32,000 bases of DNA from Candidatus Harpocratesius repetitus. GTDB lineage: Archaea > Asgardarchaeota > Lokiarchaeia > Sigyniarchaeales > Promethearchaeaceae. Shown here one piece after another: positions 26,785 to 32,000 of this stretch. The position numbers were made by a program, and so were the translations under genes. How positions within the stretch are numbered: the stretch's first letter is position 1; each line of letters opens with the position of its first letter. The notes under the pieces were generated by a model, which was not told where the DNA came from, ran no database searches, and saw nothing but the letters and a program-made list of their open reading frames with translations. The stretch lies in the NCBI GenBank assembly GCA_021498095.1, contig JAIZWK010000001.1, forward strand, positions 750,001 through 782,000, in the 5' to 3' direction.

Positions 26785-28020
26785 TTAAGATTTCAAAGTT
26801 CGCTGAGCTTCATGCCATGGTGTATCCTTTATAATAAAGGTCAAAACTGAAGCAATTCCGAATAAAACTGCCACAACATACATCAAAACAGCAGGAGGAA
26901 CAGCAAGAAGAATTATTCCTCCAAGTTGTCCTAACATCATTAGCATACCATTTGAACTTTCTTCTGGAGCGGGATACGTAATTTCTGCTCCATAGGTCAA
27001 CCCAACAGGAAGTGCTGCCACTAAGAAAAATCCATATATCAAAGCAAGCATATTTACAACCCAAAAAGACTGAATTAATATTAAAGCAATATTTAATGGA
27101 GTGCAAATGACCAATGCTAAAATTAGGAATACTTTCCGCTTATGTTTCGCATCTGAGATTGCTGAAATAATTATAGCACCAAATACTCCCCCAATAATCA
27201 TAAATCCACTAATTATTCCTGAATCGAAACTTGGATCAAAAATTAAGTCGATTACTGTTGTTATTGCATTAAATGATCCTAACCCAAAGAAAAGTATAAT
27301 CAAGAGATAAATAAAATCCTTTATTTTTAACATCTCTTTATATCCGGTGGTAACTAAGGCTTTACTTTTATCAGCATAAGCATTCGGTGGGTGTTCTGGC
27401 TTGTCTTGTATGAAAACTAGATATAAAATCATTCCGATTATGCTTGCTATTCCATATCCAAGTAAAAGTGGAGGAAAGCCATTTTCCATATTATCTCCGA
27501 TATTTAATATTTCAGGAAGCATCATTCCAATTATAACACCAAGAAACATTGAGATTGTTCCTAATCCTGAAGCAGTTGCTTTTTCTTTTTCTGGAAACCA
27601 ATTCGCAGCCAATTTTGTAAAAGAATTGAGCACAAATGGTTGGCCAATAGCCATCATTATTTGAGCAATCATTACTATTATAAAATTTCGAGCAAAAATT
27701 CCTCTAATTAAAGCAAAGACACCCGTGAGAATGACGCCAATTCCAACTCCCCATTTTAATCCATATTTATCAATTAACCAGCAAGCAGGAAAATTAACTG
27801 GAATATAAGCAATCATAAAGACACCAGTCAACCCCCAGACAATCGCATTTTGCGAGACATGGTAAAAATCCGCCACATCTTGAGTAATTGGGGCAAATGT
27901 AATCCAACCAATCTGGGTAATGATCCCCATCAACATAAAAATACCTAAAACAACAAAGCGATATTTAGAAGCAATATAATTTTCTGAATTTTCTGAATTA
28001 CCTAAATTTTCACTCGCCAT
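26785..28020 (-). CDS. MFS transporter, SLC49/FLVCR-like
   Basis: WITFAPI, WLIDKYG, ANWFPEKE, EITYPAPEESSNG; ~12 TM segments. Confidence 0.85.
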   Translation of the reverse strand: MASENLGNSENSENYIASKYRFVVLGIFMLMGIITQIGWITFAPITQDVADFYHVSQNAIVWGLTGVFMIAYIPVNFPACWLIDKYGLKWGVGIGVILTGVFALIRGIFARNFIIVMIAQIMMAIGQPFVLNSFTKLAANWFPEKEKATASGLGTISMFLGVIIGMMLPEILNIGDNMENGFPPLLLGYGIASIIGMILYLVFIQDKPEHPPNAYADKSKALVTTGYKEMLKIKDFIYLLIILFFGLGSFNAITTVIDLIFDPSFDSGIISGFMIIGGVFGAIIISAISDAKHKRKVFLILALVICTPLNIALILIQSFWVVNMLALIYGFFLVAALPVGLTYGAEITYPAPEESSNGMLMMLGQLGGIILLAVPPAVLMYVVAVLFGIASVLTFIIKDTPWHEAQRTLKS

Positions 28021-28074
28021 ATTTCATATTCTTTGCAAAATTATTTAATTTTTTACATAAATCAACGATTTTTT

Positions 28075-28455
28075 TTACAAGGAACCCCGCACTTTTGAAT
28101 AGAAAAAGATTAAATCTCGAATTGCGGGATGTTGCGAATTGATTCGAAAATAACGTGGTGGTGTTTGGGCATGTGTTTCAATAATACGTTCCTCTATAAA
28201 TTCCTGCGCTAAGAGATGATCTAGGATACGTTTCGCTGAACTTTTAGAACTATTAGCTGCACGCGCAATTTCTGAAATATTCAACCATAACGGCTTAGGG
28301 TTAGGATTTTCATCACTATAAGTATTTTCTTCTTTGAATAAAAGTTGTAGCAGAGTTTCAAGAATGTGAACTTGAACAGTATCACCGAAAAGTCGTGGAA
28401 GATAATGTGGAGAATCATCAAAATTAGGATCAGATCGTACACGATGAGAAAACAT
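28075..28455 (-). CDS. Winged helix-turn-helix protein
   Basis: LNISEIARAANSSKSSAKRILDHL followed by a beta-wing (EERII...RYFRIN). Confidence 0.75.
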   Translation of the reverse strand: MFSHRVRSDPNFDDSPHYLPRLFGDTVQVHILETLLQLLFKEENTYSDENPNPKPLWLNISEIARAANSSKSSAKRILDHLLAQEFIEERIIETHAQTPPRYFRINSQHPAIRDLIFFYSKVRGSL

Positions 28456-28833
28456 TTAAAGAAAAATTTCCCGTGCAGATTCTTAAACTTTTCTAACCCT
28501 ATTAACTTTTATAGATAAAGAAATCAAGAAAAAAGCCCGGTTATCAAGTTGTTATTTGATTTTCTTAAGGAATATTAAAATTAGCATATAAATATTTGAA
28601 GATTACTACCTAATAAATTAATTAATTGTAATTAGGTGGATAAAAATTAATATTAATTAAGCTCAAGAAATTAGACAAAAGTTAAAGAATTTAATTTTAA
28701 TTTCTCTGCAATTCTCCTTCTATATTAGAAAATAAGATTTAGAAATGAATAAAAAATGATTGCTAAAAAATAATCAACACTGAATTAATAAGTATTTATT
28801 ATTTAGCTTGTTTTCGCCATGATAATTACGATG

Positions 28834-29067
28834 TTATGCACCTGCAAGTTTGGGTAATAGCAAAATCATCACAACCATCACTACAGCGATCACGACGAAT
28901 TGAATTGTACTTTTACGACTTTTACTTTTATCGGCCTTTGTATAAGATTCTTTACACTCTGTTGAACAAAAATCTTGTCCTAAAGGGATGGCACGCCCGC
29001 AAACAATACAATGTTTATGAGGTTCATATCGACGACTTTTTAATGATTCTTTCCACGATTTGGACAT
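28834..29067 (-). CDS. DUF2116-like Zn-ribbon membrane protein
   Basis: EPHKHCIVCGRAIP...FCSTEC plus a C-terminal TM helix. Confidence 0.85.
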   Translation of the reverse strand: MSKSWKESLKSRRYEPHKHCIVCGRAIPLGQDFCSTECKESYTKADKSKSRKSTIQFVVIAVVMVVMILLLPKLAGA

Positions 29068-29230
29068 AAGAGCTCATGTAAGTCAAGGGATGGAAGGGTT
29101 TAAAATTATTGGATGAAGGTGAAAAGGAGAATATTAAGAAATATGATTAAATTTCTAATCAAGAGTAAAAAGATAAAAAATTTTAGGAACAATACGTTAT
29201 TTATTTATTGTTGATAATCTCCACATCGGG

Positions 29231-30055
29231 GTGATAAAAATAAGCAGTTGGATAGGAATTACAGATCGATTGAACCGTCTTTTTAATCCTTTGTCGGGGA
29301 AAACCTTTATCGTCCCGATGGATCATGGAATTACACAAGGCCCACTATCGGGTCTAATAAATTATGAAGAAAAAATCAAACAATTTGCAGAAAATGGCGT
29401 TAATGCAATTATAGGACACGCTGGATTAATTCTTCGTAGGAAAGAAAATACTCCTTGGACAATTCCCTTTATACTGCATATTAGCGCCAGCTCAGACTTG
29501 TCATCAGATCCAAATCATAAAGTATTAGTGAATACAATCGAAGAAGCGATTCGATTAGCGGCTGTAGCTGTTTCGGTTCATATTAACATTGGAGGAAAAG
29601 ATGATGGTTTTATGCTCGAAACATTAGGTAATGTAGCTCGTGAGTGCCGTAAATGGGGTATGCCCCTAATTGCAATGATGTACCCACGAGGAGAGAATAT
29701 CTCTTCACAAGGAGAATATGCTTTGGAGAATGTAAAAAAAGTAGCACGGATTGGAGCAGAATTGGGTGCTGATATCGTGAAAACAAATTACACAGGCGAT
29801 ATTGATTCATTTAAAGAGGTAGTTAAGGGTTGCCCAGTTCCTGTAATCATCGCTGGAGGTTCTGAAACAACACCAAAGAAATTGGTTACAATGGCGTGGG
29901 AATGTATACAAGCAGGAGGTAAAGGTGTGTCTTTTGGTAGAAATTTATTTCAATCACCACAACCAGCAAAATTAGCCCATGCAATCAGTTTAATTGTCCA
30001 TGAAGGTAATTCAGTGGAAGAAGCACTTCAAAAAAGCAATTTATCTAATTTTTAA
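29231..30055 (+). CDS. DhnA-type class I aldolase (ADH synthase AroA' / fructose-bisphosphate aldolase family)
   Basis: [50 protein letters not shown]. Confidence 0.9.
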   Translation: MIKISSWIGITDRLNRLFNPLSGKTFIVPMDHGITQGPLSGLINYEEKIKQFAENGVNAIIGHAGLILRRKENTPWTIPFILHISASSDLSSDPNHKVLVNTIEEAIRLAAVAVSVHINIGGKDDGFMLETLGNVARECRKWGMPLIAMMYPRGENISSQGEYALENVKKVARIGAELGADIVKTNYTGDIDSFKEVVKGCPVPVIIAGGSETTPKKLVTMAWECIQAGGKGVSFGRNLFQSPQPAKLAHAISLIVHEGNSVEEALQKSNLSNF

Positions 30056-30065
30056 GGAAAAAAAA

Positions 30066-30506
30066 ATGTCAAAAAATTCAATAAATTCATCCAAAAATGC
30101 ATCAAATTCATCTAAAAATTCACCAAATTCATCCGAATTCGATCCCTCTAAAATCCTCTCTATAAAATCCCAATCCATAATAGAAAAAAAAGGTATTCGA
30201 ATAACAGTGGTGATTTATAATTTACATAACGGATATTTGATGCTAATAACAGATCAAGATACATTTGGCTTGGGAACATTAAGTATAAGCATTCCTCCCA
30301 ATGAAATTAACGATAGATCAATTGGAACTCCCTTATCGACTTTTGGATTAAAATATACAACTCTTACAAATATTATTGGTAAACGTGCCAGTAAAATGCT
30401 AGGTAAACCAGTATTAACCATGCTGTCGCTACAAGAACATGATATCCCTCTAAAGATTCTTCAAAAAATAGTAATGGATACTGTGGCAGCTGCCCTTGAA
30501 TCCTAA
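30066..30506 (+). CDS. Proteasome assembly chaperone 4 (PAC4/PSMG4)-like protein
   Basis: LGTLSISIP...LSTFG...IGKRASKMLGKPVLTMLSL resembles the PAC4 pattern as recalled. ATG at 30066 preferred. Confidence 0.5.
   Translation: MSKNSINSSKNASNSSKNSPNSSEFDPSKILSIKSQSIIEKKGIRITVVIYNLHNGYLMLITDQDTFGLGTLSISIPPNEINDRSIGTPLSTFGLKYTTLTNIIGKRASKMLGKPVLTMLSLQEHDIPLKILQKIVMDTVAAALES
30072..30134 (+). repeat. Three tandem imperfect 21-bp repeats encoding KNSINSS/KNASNSS/KNSPNSS
   Basis: aaaaattcaataaattcatcc / aaaaatgcatcaaattcatct / aaaaattcaccaaattcatcc. Confidence 0.85.
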
Positions 30507-30570
30507 TGTATTAAATATTTTTATCATTCCCTTCTGAAATGTGAATATAAATACTTTTATCCAAAATTAA

Positions 30571-31236
30571 CTATTGAAAATAATGTTCTGTGCTTAAAAA
30601 GGGAATAAGTGCCATTTGAATCCCCCATTCGGCAAGATCCATGCGTTTTACTAATGAATGGGAAAAATATCCTACTGCACCTCCCTTATTTCTAATTTTA
30701 GGATCACCAGAGATTTGAGTCATTACATCTGCCAACTCAAGCTTACGATTGTTTATTATTGCTTTAGTTATCGATGGAGGGTACATCCACCCTGGACTAG
30801 TTCCAATACTAACTTGATTATTTTCATTTATTATTACACAAAGAGAATATGCAAGATAGCCTGATGGAATTAAAGGATATGCAACTAAACCCGCTTCAAT
30901 TCCAATAAAGAAGGAAAAATGATATGTATCTTGAAAAATAAGGGATTTATTGGGAAATTTCGATGAATCATTATGTGAATCTGATGAATTATTAAAAGAA
31001 TGAAACCAATTTCGGATTTTTTGAGCTCGCTTCAAAGCACCAGAATAAAGTTCTTGAAATCCAATTGGTTGCGCAGGAATTTCTGTTTTAGCATGATGAG
31101 ACACTACTTGAACATATGAACTCGGAAAAAAACGGGTAAAAACACGCTCAACGGCTCTTTCTTTTAAGATATTAGCCGTTCCCACTGCAGCTAATATTTT
31201 TTTTCCTTGATATCTTCCACTATTAGTTATATTCAT
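30571..31236 (-). CDS. yjjX: Inosine/xanthosine triphosphatase (YjjX/DUF84 family)
   Basis: VGTANILK, PAQPIG, GALKRA, IGIEAGL, KGGAVGYFS, ALIPF. Confidence 0.85.
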   Translation of the reverse strand: MNITNSGRYQGKKILAAVGTANILKERAVERVFTRFFPSSYVQVVSHHAKTEIPAQPIGFQELYSGALKRAQKIRNWFHSFNNSSDSHNDSSKFPNKSLIFQDTYHFSFFIGIEAGLVAYPLIPSGYLAYSLCVIINENNQVSIGTSPGWMYPPSITKAIINNRKLELADVMTQISGDPKIRNKGGAVGYFSHSLVKRMDLAEWGIQMALIPFLSTEHYFQ

Positions 31237-31353
31237 GTTCTTTACTAATACGATTAAATATTATTTATTAAAAATTCTTCACACTTTAGAAGAAATTTAC
31301 TTTAGCTTTAAAAGAAGAATTAACCGAAATGATTATTTTTTTTCCTTTCTCAT

Positions 31354-31890
31354 TCATTCCATCTGCTCTGCAAAATATACCAACCACTTTGCCATAGCTA
31401 CAAACATTTGGTTTACATTCAAATCCAATTTGGCAGAGCACATTACATTCATTAAACATTGCGCATCTTCTGCATATTGCTCCGCTGTTTCTGTATCAAC
31501 TTCATGATTAGGCAAATCATACTTATTTCCCACTAAAATTATTGGAATCATGCCGGCATTCTGACGGATGATACGTAACCATTCAGGAATCTGTTCGAAT
31601 GTAGAATAATCAGTTAAATCATAACAAATGAATGCCCCCGATGCTCCACGACAATAATCACCTAAAAGAAAACGAAAACGTTCTTCTCCTGCAAAATCCC
31701 AAAGCTGTAGTCTAACATTTTCTCCAGAATCAAGTGTTACATCTTTCACAGAAAACGCTGCACCAATGGTCATCTTATGGTCTTCTACGAAGCGTCCTGA
31801 AACGTAACGCTCAATTAATGCAGTCTTACCTACACCACCTGCACCTGCGACGATTGTTTTGAAAATCCAGTTGCTAGACACAATATTCAC
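31354..31890 (-). CDS. Rab-like small GTPase (Ras superfamily)
   Basis: G1 GAGGVGKT, G2 TIG, G3 LQLWDFAGEERF, G4 GNKYD, G5 CSAK; no C-terminal Cys motif. Confidence 0.93.
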   Translation of the reverse strand: MNIVSSNWIFKTIVAGAGGVGKTALIERYVSGRFVEDHKMTIGAAFSVKDVTLDSGENVRLQLWDFAGEERFRFLLGDYCRGASGAFICYDLTDYSTFEQIPEWLRIIRQNAGMIPIILVGNKYDLPNHEVDTETAEQYAEDAQCLMNVMCSAKLDLNVNQMFVAMAKWLVYFAEQME

Positions 31891-32000
31891 TTAAAGTTGA
31901 TTATAGGAACAAATGAGAGCTTCTCAATAATAAGGAATACAAGTGTAAATAAATGCCTTTCGGGTCAAAAAACGAATTCGTAGCTTTATACACTAAACCA

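Noticed and set aside
28606-28639. Imperfect inverted repeat CTACCTAAT...ATTAGGTGG upstream of the wHTH gene
   Set aside because: Could be an operator, but it is a single AT-rich instance about 150 bp from the start with no supporting second site.
172-30864. Short shadow ORFs in the track (e.g. 172-438, 3099-3293, 4669-4914, 7376-7816, 26810-27106, 28836-29069)
   Set aside because: They overlap well-supported genes in other frames or strands and carry no motifs.
1-32000. CRISPR array, rRNA, integrase or transposase genes
   Set aside because: No regularly spaced repeat-spacer array, no GC-rich rRNA-like stretch, and no ORF with recombinase or DDE motifs was seen.

Overview
AT-rich archaeal chromosome segment, almost certainly Asgard and most likely Lokiarchaeia. 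The evidence is TFB, Rpo12, aIF2-beta, RIO1, Dim2 and NMD3, plus eukaryote-like RPA2-, profilin-, Rab- and PAC4-like genes. Most of the window is housekeeping: a ribosome-maturation/translation cluster, ftsZ, panB-DUF72-panE, tfb/rpoP, an HD hydrolase, a PUA/PAPS-reductase-like protein and two MFS transporters. Most notable items: (1) two inverted copies of a ~311-bp non-coding MITE-like element (634-944, 16602-16913) with 4-bp target duplications and ~96-bp degenerate terminal inverted arms; (2) a profilin-fold gene with an extra C-terminal domain followed by a gene for a degenerate gelsolin-like domain with two TM helices, a candidate actin-membrane module; (3) initiator tRNA-Met with a D-loop intron; (4) a DNA methyltransferase fused to an apparently dead second copy; (5) a DUF72 protein ending in a PIP-box-like motif. 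All family calls come from reading motifs by eye; no database searches were run.
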